Numbered from the stretch's first letter, positions 52,424-64,000 are shown. The stretch: DNA of 64,000 nucleotides from Marsupella aquatica (GCA_973895155.1 OZ316893.1:8394963-8458962), one strand, 5' to 3'. Program-made: numbers and translations. Notes: generated by a model from the sequence alone, not told the origin.

Positions 52424-55400
52424 TTAGTAAGCAATTCCTTTCTTAGCCCTAAGTGACTCCAGAGCTTTGTTTCGAAGCTCTCTCTCAATCCGCTTCTGTT
52501 CATCCTCGCTTTCGTCGTCCTTCCTCCTGTACACCTCTGGCGAACCCAAAGCCTCCCTTGGGTCGGATCGATTATCTTCCAATCTTTGTCGTTTATTTTC
52601 AAGATCTTCAATGTTGTCATCAGGATCTGGCCCTCCTTTAGCAGCCCTTAATGCACGCTTTGCCTCTCTTTTCCTATGTCTTTCTTCACGTCTTTTACGC
52701 CTCTCCTCTTTACGTAGACGCTTTTCTTCTTTCCGCCTCCGTTTGGCCTTACGTCTTTCGTCATTACTCCCAGGAGACTCACTTCCATCTTCATCCCCTC
52801 CACCGTCAGAGACATTCCTCACTCTCTTGACTGCCTTATGGCCTCTCGATGTGTCAACATCCTCATCTTCAGAGTCACTTGCAGCCTTAGCAGGTACTTC
52901 ATTCATTTCGTCAGTTTTTTTAACTTCATCACTGCCAGTTGGCCCTAGCATTCGAGGTACACTCTTTCCAGGAGGGCGAATCACTTCTCGATGATTTGAT
53001 CTCTCTCGTTCAGCGGACTCTGAATCCACCCGATCATCCGATTGACGTTGTGACCGTTTCTCCACGGATCGGCGAGTATCGTATACTTCCTTGGAAGCAG
53101 CACGATCATGCTCTCTATTTGAAAGTGGTCTCTGATCAGACAGATCACGCTTATCCAAACGATCAGACCTCCTCTCCATGAGGTCACTGAAAAACCACCA
53201 GAGGGTATATTTTTCAGTACAAGAGTCTCAAGAAGAGCCACGACAAGGTGCTGTTGCAGAGTACGACATAATCATACTGTCAATCTAAGTACAGTAATGA
53301 AAAGCCAACTAACGCGCAAAACCAATTAAGGAATTTTATTTTTTCAATGAAATGTGAGCACATACCTCTCTCTATTAAGACGGTCGCGATCTCTAGCATC
53401 CAATCCATTCTGCCGACCTCCTCGCTCTCGACTAGCGCTCCTGTGATTCCTGTAAGGACTCTTGATTTTCGGCCCTCCCAATTCTCGACTTGGACTCCTC
53501 CTTCTATGGTAAGGACTTCTGCTTGGGCGAAATCCTTGCTCTCTGGTCAGGCTTGGTCGCCTTTTGGGTGGGGGAGGACTTCTACTCCGGCGTACAACCC
53601 GGTCTCTACTTGGACTTCTGCTTGGTCCAACTGCCTGGCCTTTGCTCGGGCTTGGTCGCCTTTTGGGAGGGGGAGGACTTCTACTCCGGCGGACAACTCG
53701 ATCCCTACTAGGAGTTCTCCGTCTTACATAGGGACTCCTGCTTGGGCTGCATAGACAACAAATCCATTTAGCTTGGTAGTTGACATCCGGCGCCAGTAAT
53801 TTTGATGGAAAAAAAATTATGTGCAGCAGATACCATAGATCGGATCAAAATGGAAAGCATCATTTCGATTCGATGTAACGTGAACAATTTATAAACAAAA
53901 GACCTTTAGAACACACCTCCGGCGAATACCAGGTGGTGACCCTGATCCACTGAGAGATCGTCGCCGCATAGGAGGAGATCGGGGGGGTCCCCCACGGCGA
54001 CGTGGAGGAGAGTGGAAACCTGGAGACCTCCTTGGATTTCTTGGGGGAGACCTACTTCGCAAACGTGGCGGTGTTCTACCTGGGGGTGACTTTCGCCGCC
54101 TAGGAGGAGAGCGGGAATATAGAGGCGATCGTCTCCGGCGAGGAGGTGAGCGTCTCTGTATGGGTGAACGTCGCCTAAACGGAGAAATAGATCGTCGTCG
54201 CCTCCGAGGTGATCTAGATATGCTACGAGGTCGACGGTGCCTCACAGGTGGAGGAGAGCCTCTGTAAAGTTGGACAGGCGTCAGAATTTACAGCATTTCG
54301 CAGGACACTCAAGATCTCAGACAACCACCGTACTCTATGGGAAAAACACAATTACCTACTTTGCATGTACCCTAACCATGTCCCAACAAGGAAGTGCTGG
54401 ACTCTAGCCTCACTCATCAGTACAAGGATATGGATGCCTCATAAAGTATCTCAAATATTGAGAACTTTTCCCATCAATTCCACACCAGGAGGATACGATT
54501 TGACATTTATATCTCTCATCGAACCGGCAAAAACTATCAATTTGAGAAAATGCTATAACTTTTCTGTACTTATTTGAAATCGGCTTTGGTTTCACTCACA
54601 ATCACAACTATAGCATTTGACGACTCCCAGAACATACCCAAAACGATCCTCATCTGGCAATAGAGCAATAACAGGAAGATGAACCACATTGGGGTCTTAT
54701 ACAGACATCCCACGCACGAGTTTCGAATTGATGATTTAAATGACGACTAATACTCGCTCACTGCAACCCTTCAGGACAGAATTGCGTTACCACCAAACTT
54801 CCAGGGAACATGAAATCTAAAATGCGCAAACGGGATGAGTGAGCAACTACCGTGGGGGGCTTGATGCTGGAGATCTTGAACTTCGAGGTGAAATTGAAGT
54901 CCTGCGTCCACCTCTCCTGCATCCCACATAAGAAGGATTTTGATAAAGCATGAAATGAGTGATACCTAGCCGGACTCGTATCACCTCTTCACAGCGATTT
55001 TCTCCCGCGATTTCACGTAAGAAAACTGTGCATTCATCACATAGTTTGCAAGCAAAGGAATATGAACGATTAGAAAGGTTTCTGAAAGATTTCAAAACTG
55101 ATGCTGACCAGTCCATGAACCCTGACCATCTACAGTAAGGTACCCAAGCTCCAACGAAGCCAAAATGTCCACCATCCCATACCACGAATAAAGCAAAATG
55201 TTCAACCAGAAGTCACAAATTTGAGGTAAGATCTCTAGGGAGACGCATTAGAAAAACCTACCAAATGTAAATGGAAGACCCACAAGGTCTACATTCAGAA
55301 GTTAGAACATTTCTTCATCGAATAAACTACTTTCTCAGCCAGCTACCTTCTGAGTGTTCAGGGGATATCCGAACTCTTTTAACCGGCTCAAAATTTGGAG

Positions 55401-57037
55401 AACGAGATGCATATTCCCCCACATGCCTACGATGTTTGAATTCCAACATCTACAGCTGGAGAGCTGAAAGCAATTACCACGAACCTGAAGGGACACTCTC
55501 ATTGTAAGTGCGTGACAGGCCAAATCAGTAACCTTGCAATGTAGGCCAGAGCAACTGATAATAACGGTCCTATTCTTTGTTATTTCTCGTTCAATTCTTA
55601 CATACCCATTCCTGCCTACTGCGGATTTTCCATCAACGCCTTTGACAGGCGAAGCACTTGAACCCCGTTTCTCTGCATTCGCTTTGTTGGACTCTTCTCT
55701 TGCAAGCTGCAGCAAACACGCAACAGAAAGTTAGACGAACGACGAAGTACAAAAGATAAATTTGTAATTTGCAGTTCAAGGGTGAAGCATCACAAGACTT
55801 ACTTGTCTACGCTGACGCTCTTCCTCTGCATCTTTCTCCTGCTCCTCTTTCTTGCGCATAACCTCAGATAAGATTCTGTCTTTCTCTTCCTGCAGCAGTA
55901 CCAACATTTAATCAAAGCTTACATTTGACAAGCAGACCAACTCCGACTCTAGAATGGCAGGCCTCTGAAAGTAAACTTCCACCCTCTAACCTTCTTCTTC
56001 TTTGCCTCTTCTGCCTTGGCATCGAGGAACTGCTGAGGAACACCGCTGAGGTTGTTCTGCGCGCTAGTGAGGAGGCCCCAGAGCTCCTTCATGAATCTCC
56101 CCGTATTCTTTTCCATGAAACCCGTGAGCTGAATCTGAAGGTGCTTCCCATCTGCCTCCTGCCAAACACAAGGGCTTGAATGAGATCGCAAGGGAGGACA
56201 AAGTGGGGATCCCCATATCTTCGGGCCAGGATAGAATAACTACCTTCACATCAAGTAAGCCGTAGATAAAGTTAATCAACACTTCGTCTTCGAACCCCAG
56301 AAGCTCAGTTACTCTGGTAGCAATCCATGGCTTGATTACGTCAATTTTAACTTTAGACATCTCCACCTGCACACGCATCGCAATATACCCAAAATGCCCA
56401 TAAGATGCGAGTGCGCTCTTACAGTCACGCGTCCTCCACCCGCGTCGACATGAAAGCTCGGACAACACAGGCCGCAAAACAGAAAATGTTCGAAGATCGA
56501 TTTGATGCAACCTCAGACAAACGTGAACCCTAATCAAGACAAGGGATAGAGAATTGCACTAACCAGAACATCCAGCTCAGGAGCAAATTTCTGGCTCTTC
56601 AAAAGTTTCGACATCTTGTTGGAAAATCGAGTGTCCTGGTCCGCAGACGTCCCCTGGAACAATAACAAAACGAGGAGCCACGTGCGGTACACGATGAGCA
56701 CCTCGTCAGCAATCCGTCCGTTATAACTCCAAAATTCTCCGCACAAACGCAAACAGGCACCACAATTCCACGGAATCTCAACTGCACACTGCGCCCCACA
56801 CAAACACCAAATCTCACGGGCACAATTTGCCCCTTTCAACGACACTTTCCCCGCTGACCAGACTCGAGCCCCGGGTGAAAATATCAACCAGCCACGCACA
56901 GACGATCCATCCACAGTCTACCAACACAAGAGTACACAACCTCAAACCAATCGCACCCTGCGCCACATCTCCACTTCTCTCCAAAGAAAGCAAATAAATT
57001 CGGGAGCAGAACAAACCCTAAAGAAACCGCCCGACAT
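52424..57037 (-). CDS. SRRM1: SRm160/SRRM1 PWI-domain serine/arginine repetitive matrix splicing factor
   Basis: The PWI domain reads MSGGFFR (57037-57017) | GTSADQDTRFSNKMSKLLKSQKFAPEL | VEMSKVKIDVIKPWIATRVTELLGFEDEVLINFIYGLL | DGKHLQIQLTGFMEKNTGRFMKELWGLLTSAQ. RS/RSP-rich exons follow (about 54916-54851, 54261-53917, 53747-53365). The C-terminus is ERELRNKALESLRAKK. Confidence 0.93.
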
Positions 57038-57445
57038 GGTGGCTACGCCCTGGGTGTCTGAGGCCCTCCCTGCCAAAAGAATCCTCCTCCTCCCCCCAAA
57101 CTCACTGAGACCCGGAGCAGAAACAGAAACAGAGACGAGAGACGAAATTTAAAACGATTCCACGCCCCGACAACGACGCAGAACGCAATGATGGGCCTGG
57201 CGCGGGACGACGCGATGAAACGAAGACGATAATCTCCTTTCCGATGGGGGAAGCATCTACGCCACTACCATTTCCATCTCCTCCTTCACCACCGCTCTCC
57301 TTCTCCTCTCATCGCCATTCTCCCACGAATCCATTTCTCTCTTCAGCAAGAAGGCTCCTCCTCCATCGCTGCCTCTCACCCTACCTCTCTCGAGCTCCCC
57401 CTCGCTCCCCTTCAGTATCTCCACTTTCCCTCGACCCTCGACTCT

Positions 57446-57482
<37 letters not shown>

Positions 57483-57628
57483 TCGGTCTTCTCCTGACTC
57501 GAGCAGCTGCTGACGCAGACTGCGCCACTCTACCAACCGCAGTGACCACTTCGACTACGGTTCGTACTCTACTGCGCGGTGAAGGACCGCAGCTCGCGAA
57601 TCCGGTCAGAACATTAGGGGGTCTCAAT

Positions 57629-57930
57629 AGGGCGTCTCAAACTTAAGCATTTGGAATTCCGAATGGCACCCGGGATTTCACACTCGCGGGCCGCCCGGAT
57701 CAGGTGGTCGGCCCACCGATTTGGTGACCGGAAAGTTTTTACCGGGTTTTTTTGGTTACAATTTTGCTTTGGAAAAACCCCGTGTCGGGACTCCTTTTAG
57801 GTGCGAGGTAAAGTTCAGACCCCGGTTTTTTGGGACCCGATATTGGGTACCGGTGTTCAATATCGGGCGGCGACCAGAGACATTCGGGTGACCGGAAGGA
57901 GTCCTAGAACGCGCAGGGTTGAGACGCCCT
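57629..57930. mobile_element. 302-bp MITE nested in the left TIR of the Harbinger-like element
   Basis: AAT|AGGGCGTCTCAA ... TTGAGACGCCCT|AAT gives perfect 12-bp TIRs and an AAT duplication. The interior is GC-rich with repeated ACCGG/CCCG motifs. Confidence 0.92.
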
Positions 57931-59142
57931 AATTATTCGCCCGCGTGCCCATACGGGCTGCCCAGTTAAGGCCCAAAACGGACGTCCGCCAAAAGGGTGC
58001 AGGCGTCCGAAACCCTGGTCGTCACAAATCCGGCCCGGGAGCCAACGAAGTCCCGTGACCGTTTGGCACCCGATTTAGTTGCGACTTGCCGTGCCCTGCT
58101 CCTGGGTCCAAGGGCAACGTCGAGCACACTATGCGAGCTGCTTCGCCGAACGCTGCTCTGTCGATCCACCCTCTAGCTATGGCTGCTCATCGCTCATGGA
58201 AGACGATGAGACATTCGCGACTTCGCGGCTCCTGAAGGGAAGGGTAGGGAAGGAGGGAGGGAGGCAGCGCCAACACAGCTGCTCGAGAGCTCCGGTGTTC
58301 ATGATCGATCGTCAAAGGAGAGAGGTGGACAAAAGAAGGACTCGATCGCTGCAGGTGCGATTCTGCTGAGACTTTATCAACTCTGAGAGGTGCTCTTATG
58401 TTTCATTTCATAAGCCAATTAACAGATTAGGTCTTTCTCCCTTAAATTTGATAATACATGGATTGCTTTTCACTGCCATCGACATAACAGAGAATTGAAT
58501 TTCTTGTGCTCCCTATTATTTTGTCGATTGGGGAGGTGCTACTGTAGGATTCGTTAATGCTCGCTCCTCTCCTCTCCTCTCCTCCCCTGCATTTTGGTCA
58601 TATGCCTTGCTATTTGTGGGTTCGATTGGAGGGCCAGCATCTTCCCATTATATTGTTCAGGCTCCCGCCCCCGCATGAGCGCTATTGCTACCTGCATTTT
58701 GGTCGTCTACCTTGATAAATTTGTGGGTTCGATTGGAGGGCCAGCTTCTTCTCCAAATTTACGTGATTGAGGCTGTTGCATTTTGAATAGTAGGTTTGCT
58801 ATCTTGATCAAGAAGTGTAAGGCAAATCGTGAAACAAAACTGTCGCGTGGTGAAGTGTTTCCTCTATCAGAATCAAGATAGTATCTATAGAGTAGTGTGC
58901 GTAGTTGGCTATGGCATGAAGATGAGATTGGGGTCCCCTGCCGGCCACTGCAAATGTAACGCAGTGGCCACAAGTTTCGTACTTGGCTATGGCATGACAA
59001 TGAGATTGGGGCCCCCGTTCCCGCCGCTGGCCACTGCACACGCAAATCAGTTGACAGAACATGGGGACAGGCCTTGTAAATCCTTTGAACTTGACTTTAA
59101 ACGTACAAGATTAGCATGATTTTACACATTCTAATGGAACTG

Positions 59143-59312
59143 CAGGAGCAGAAGCAGACGAAGCAGGAGCAGACAAAGCAGCTACAGCAGGAGCAGACAA
59201 AGCAGCTACAGCGGGAGCAGACGGTGTAGGAGCGGGAGCATGGAGCAGGAGCAGACGAAGCAGCTGGAGCGGGAGCGGGAGCAGGAGCAGACGAAGTAGC
59301 TGGAGCAGGAGC
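59143..59312. repeat. GCAGGA/GCAGAC-type low-complexity repeat inside the transposon
   Basis: The sequence reads gcaggagcagaagcagacgaagcaggagcagacaaagcagctacagcaggagc... Confidence 0.8.
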
Positions 59313-59490
59313 AACAGTCTCTATTCGAACCCAACTGAATTTGGTACTTTGAGTCTCACTGGATATACAATTTATATGCAAGCTACAGGGTCCTCTCAGT
59401 TTACACATGAGCCAGAAGTTATGAACTTGAGATTTATCATTTACAATACAAACTTTTGTTGTTGCAGGATTATAGAGTTGTTGGTCCACA

Positions 59491-60991
59491 ATGCCAAAAG
59501 TTTCCAACTGGCAAGATTGTTTGAATTGGGTCAAACAGCAACTCCATTTGAGTATTCTAGTGCAATCGGATAGTGACAGTGATGGCATGTCAGTTTATGA
59601 TGATAGCATGTCTTCTATAAGTAGTGGATTCTTAGCAGAGGATACCAATTTGGAGTTGGACTCTTCCAGTGATTCTAAGAGAGGAGCTTTGACTGATCCA
59701 CTTGATGTGGATTCCACTCCAACAGAATGGTTGGAATTAAATGCCCTTCTAGACAGTGAAAGATATTTCAGTAAGCAAAGCAAGCGAGTGCAATCCAAGG
59801 AATTTCAAGCAGATTTTTTTAGATACCTTTGTCCACCTGACTTGTTTAGGCAGATGCTTCGGATGGACAGGGATGCCTTTTGGAATCTACATGGATTGAT
59901 TGAAATGCATCCTGTGTTTTCTAACAACTCTTTCCATGAGCAAGCTCCTGTATGTCTGCAATTGGCCACCTGTTTAGACAGGTTAGGCCATAATGGGAAT
60001 GGAGTGTGCCTCAAATGAACTTTGTTGATGTGGGGCATCAGCAATGGCTCCTGTGTTAACTATACCAACAGAGTCATTACTGCACTTGAATCCGCCCTTG
60101 GTGATATTATTAGTTGGCCTGGAAGGGAGGAACGAATGATCATTTCTACAGAATTTGCTAAGAAAGGATTTCAAGGGTGTGTCGGTTTGATTGATGGTAC
60201 CACAATGCCATTGACGCAGCGTCCCAAGGATCACGTTGAGTGTTATTATGACAGGAAGTCTTGCTACAGCATCAATGCACAAATCGTTTGCGACCACAAC
60301 AGAAAGATAATTTACCTAGATGCTGGTAAGTTCACAAACTCAAACCATGATTTATATGTGAATTCCAAACTAAGTTGAGGTTTAATGCAACCATGTTAAT
60401 TTGTTTAGGGTTCACTGGATTGCAGGGAATGTTGGCTCATGTTCGGACATCACCTGCTTGAAGCGGTGTATTCTATGGGACAAACTTCATGGGCAGTTTG
60501 CGTTTGATGAAGGGCAGTATATTCTGGGTGATTCTGGCTACCAAAGCGCTCCACACACGGTGTCAGCTTACAAAAATTGGTATGGCTGCAAATAGAAAGA
60601 GGATTTCAATTTTTGTATAGCCAAAACAAGGTATGTTAACGAGCATTGCATTGGAGTGCTGAAGTCCCGCTGGTTCTCTCTTAAAGAGATTCAAACTCAG
60701 CTGAATCGGAAGAAAGACAACATCTGGATGTGTCGATGGATTAGGGCCTGTGCAATGTTGCACAACTTTGTTCTTAGTCAGCATGATGAATGGACGGAAG
60801 CAGACTTACTAGAGAACCCGGTAGATGTCCTTGAAGATGAGACTCGCAATCTAGACCCATGTAGATCGACGAGCCTAGCAAGAAATAGGAGGGCTCGAGT
60901 TGCAGGCCGGAATCTGTTGTGTGCAGTCATGGCTAGAAGTTTAGAATTCAATAGAGCCCAAGGTGGTTGCCTATGGGAAGCTAGGCAGTAG
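59491..60991 (+). pseudogene. Harbinger/HARBI1-type DDE (DDE_Tnp_4) transposase, inactivated
   Basis: Motifs are FRQMLRMDRDAFWNL, QAPVCLQLATCLDRLGHNGNG, GLIDGTTMPL (D), YYDRKSCYSINAQIVCD, YILGDSGY (D), RYVNEHCIGVLKSRWFSL (E) and ACAMLHNF. A GT-AG intron lies at 60326-60425. In-frame stops are TGA at 60016 and TAG at 60593. Confidence 0.92.
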
Positions 60992-61412
60992 AGTCATGAG
61001 TAATTTCATGACTAATTTCATTGTTACAAGCTTGTAATTTAGAGAACTGAAATTAGAAAGGCAGAGTTTCCCCTTAGCCTGATACTCTCATTGTTGAGAC
61101 CCGATTGTTACTACATTGATTCCCGACTGCTGAAAAGTTATCATTTCATACTCAAAAACAGACAGGATCCTAGCAACAATTCTATCCACTCCAAAGCAAG
61201 TAAGCACTTGACTTACGACTCTTCTTTCTTGCACAGAGCAAGAACAAATGAAAATTCATTCAACAACAATCCCAACAGATGAAAGAAACAATATAAACTT
61301 GCTTTATATAAAAATGTTTACAAGTATAATACACTAGGTGGAAATTTATAAGTGTCGTGCCATTAACTCATATTTGGCATGTTTATGCTAATATACCAAA
61401 TGAGAAAAAAAT

Positions 61413-63080
61413 CTAAAGGAAAGTGTTATCTGTTGCAAAGATATCAGGTTGCGGAGGAGGGGAAGGGTCGACAGATTTCATTAAAGATCCAATCTGGGCT
61501 TCTGTTTTTCCGCTTCTAAACAAATCGGATAGCAACTGAGTTTTCATGCTCAGGTTGGCCATAAATATGGCATGCTGCTGATCAGCACGTTGTCTTTTTG
61601 CAACCTGGGATGCAGTGAATTTTTCAAGCTTCAATTTGTGCTGCCGGTCAAGTCGCTTGTCCTTCGCAACCAATCCTCTGGCTACATGACGATAGTCTAA
61701 TTCTTGTTTCTTCCATTGCATTTTGCTGTTGATTAGGTCCTTCTGGAACTCACTTTTCTCCTTGCGCTTGTCTGCATACATAGACGTCAAAGTGCCCTTT
61801 GAGGTGGCACTTCCTTCTGGGGTCATCCTCTTTTTTTGCACAGACGATGCCTTAGTATTTGAGGCATGGCCCACTTGGGCAGTACTCGGAACATTAGTTC
61901 GACCTGATACTGGTGCTGGTTGTCCTGCAACAGAATTGGGAGGCACACTTTGTGGTGTCGCATGTTGTGCTAGCCGGTTCTGAGGCACCCTCACCTCCTC
62001 TGATGGTGGGGGTGGTTGGGGCTCAGTATGGAAGCAGTCATCATCACGCATTGGAGAAGGGATGGTGTAATCGGGAAACTGTGCAACAAGTCGTCCTCTA
62101 GAGTTGTTGGGGAATTAGTGATAATTGACACTCATAAATGAAATCAGCCATAGAAGATTAAAGGAATAAATTAAAGAACTCCAAAAGTGAAGTCTTTTTG
62201 GACAATGAAAATAAAGTTTGCTATTGGCAATGAAGTCGGTAATAATCATCAAAAAGCTTGCAGCATGAAGCATCAAATGCATTCAGGCACGGATATGTAT
62301 ATCGTGTAACTCTGGCAATCTCATTATTACCAGCCATGATGTGGGTTGGAGAAGCCGGTTGAACCATTTCGCAATCACTGTCTTCGATGTCTGCATTGTC
62401 GTCCTCGGCATCTATGCTGATTGTAATTCCAGAATTGTGAAAACCTGACGAGACTGTAGTGGGTGGAGCCACGTTGGCTCGTTCACCAAGAATGCTATGC
62501 ATCCAATCAAAATGTGGACACATCTTGTCCAATTTCCCTCAATTGTCATTCCAATCACGATTTCCTCCTCAGTCAATCCACCCCCGCTCTGGTTCTTCAC
62601 CAACAATGCCTTCCGATACATCTCCTGATATCTACCACATTGCTTGCCCAGATTTGCTCCATCCATAGCTGGAAATCCGTGTTGAGCTAAGATGACGACC
62701 ATAGATGCAAAAGCTGTCTTCTTGTTATGATACTTGGCCCCTATCCGAGTTTTCCTACCTGATCCATGGATTGCATCGAAGTGCTCTGGAACCTCTATGT
62801 AATCAAGAATCTTTGAATAATCATCATACTTCAATTTCATGCCGCTGCCCCCAGGAAATCTAGACATTGAGCTTCTCCATGTAGTTTGTAACATTTCGCC
62901 TTCAATTAGAGTTGTTGGTTGAACAGGACGTGGAGGAATAAAAGCCCTAGTTGGAGCTCTATGACAAGACGAATTAGTGGGAGTGGGAGACTGAGGTGAC
63001 TTGAGAGGGCTTGCATTCAGGTCATGGATTTCCATAGAGCATTGAGAAGAAAGAGGAGAGTTGGAATTGATGTGCTCCAT
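61413..63080 (-). pseudogene. Harbinger accessory (Myb/SANT-like DNA-binding) protein, frameshifted
   Basis: The sequence reads LKYDDYSKILDYIEVPEHFDAIHGSG..KKTAFASM..RYQEMYRKAL..SGGGLTEEE..GMTIE[1-nt frameshift at about 62535]KLDKMCPHFDWMHSILGERANV. A probable intron lies at about 62100-62300, followed by a charged coiled-coil-like C-terminal exon. It is convergent with the transposase inside the TIRs. Confidence 0.75.
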
Positions 63081-64000
63081 GTTTGAGTCTTGAGATGAAA
63101 TGCAATAATAAAAGAGGGAAGAGTGCTACGTTGTTTTTCCCTGGCCCATCCCTTGAGGTTCGTTAAAAAATGGGGCCCTATACATATTACCATTTTAGTG
63201 GTTCTTCAGGTTGTTGCCCATCCCTCGAGGTTTGTTCAAAAACGTGCCATGTACATATTCCATTAATAGTGCAGAAGGACAGTGATGGCAGACCGTCTCA
63301 AAATTCCCCCCCCCTTTTTAGTGGGCGTCATCCTTGGTCCGTAATAGGCGTCATCGCGGCTTCCTCTTGGCGGGCCTTCTCAAAATCTCCCCCCCCCCCA
63401 CTTGCATAGAGTCCATACTGGAAGCTCGGGGCCCTTGTAGTGGCCTTGCTCCCGGCCCCGTCTTGGCAGACCGGGGTCTCATAATTGAGACCCTCTATTG
63501 ACGAACCCTTGACTGCAACTACGGCAGACCAACCGGCTCTTTCCTACAGCGTTGATGTACCGGTATCTCCCAGTAGTGAATTGTATGATACCATGGACTG
63601 CGTTAATGTCTACCACATTTGTTCTTTCCACCATAGTAGTACCCCAGAGTGTGTGGTTAAACTACCACTATCCATATAAATATCGCTTGCGCCAAGACCT
63701 GGGCGGTTCATTTTCTCCTTGTGCCCGGCGAAGGCTCAGCAAACGAGTTCCAGCCCTAGCCAGAGGGCTCTATAATACCTGTTGGGTTAGCGAGTTTGCC
63801 AAAAAGTTTTTTGCTCCTATGCATTTGTCAGGTAGGTTTGTGACTGCCTTTGTGAGCATGAAAGTTGCTATGCTGCCATAGCCATGGGGGTTCCTCGGTG
63901 AGCTGGGCTCAAAAATCTTCTACCTTAGACGTGTTTGATACCTACAGATTTCATTGCTGTCATGCAAACCCTCGTCGACGCTTAACCACGTACTTGGGTT

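Larger units (their letters stand above)
57616..63496. mobile_element. Full-length (now defective) two-ORF PIF/Harbinger-superfamily DNA transposon with ATT TSD
   Basis: The ends read ATT|AGGGGGTCTCAAT... and ...ATAATTGAGACCCTCT|ATT. After removing the nested MITE, the TIRs match over 16 bp (AG(G/A)GGGTCTCAATTAT). It carries convergent DDE transposase and accessory ORFs. Confidence 0.92.

Noticed and set aside
52467-52994. 175-aa plus-strand ORF
   Set aside because: It is the antisense shadow of the SRRM1 last exon.
57614-57616. Canonical TTA/TAA or 2-bp TA TSD for the Harbinger-like elements
   Set aside because: TWA flanks do not match between ends in any of the three elements, and only the AWT reading restores the interrupted left TIR.

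Overview
This is intron-rich eukaryotic nuclear DNA from a land plant. The gene structures, GA/CT-rich 5' leaders and TE content suggest a bryophyte such as a liverwort, which is an inference. Six host genes can be modelled by eye: a plastid-type YrdC/Sua5-domain protein (+), CAF1/POP2 deadenylase (+, intronless CDS), RMI2 (-, intronless CDS), the diflavin reductase ATR3/NDOR1 (+), a B3-domain (REM-like) protein (+) and an SRm160/SRRM1 PWI splicing factor (-). Between them lie TE relics: a Copia solo LTR with a TSD, a truncated Copia element, a CRE-type RLE non-LTR fragment, a short poly(A) retroposon with a 23-bp TSD and several tandem arrays. The most notable structure is a complete 5.9-kb two-gene PIF/Harbinger-superfamily (PHIS) element at 57616-63496. 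It has AWT target duplications rather than the canonical TWA and a fungal/oomycete-like accessory protein. A 302-bp MITE with the same terminal motif is inserted inside its left TIR, and a third element with the same ends lies at 8218-8351. All exon boundaries were read manually and no database searches were run.
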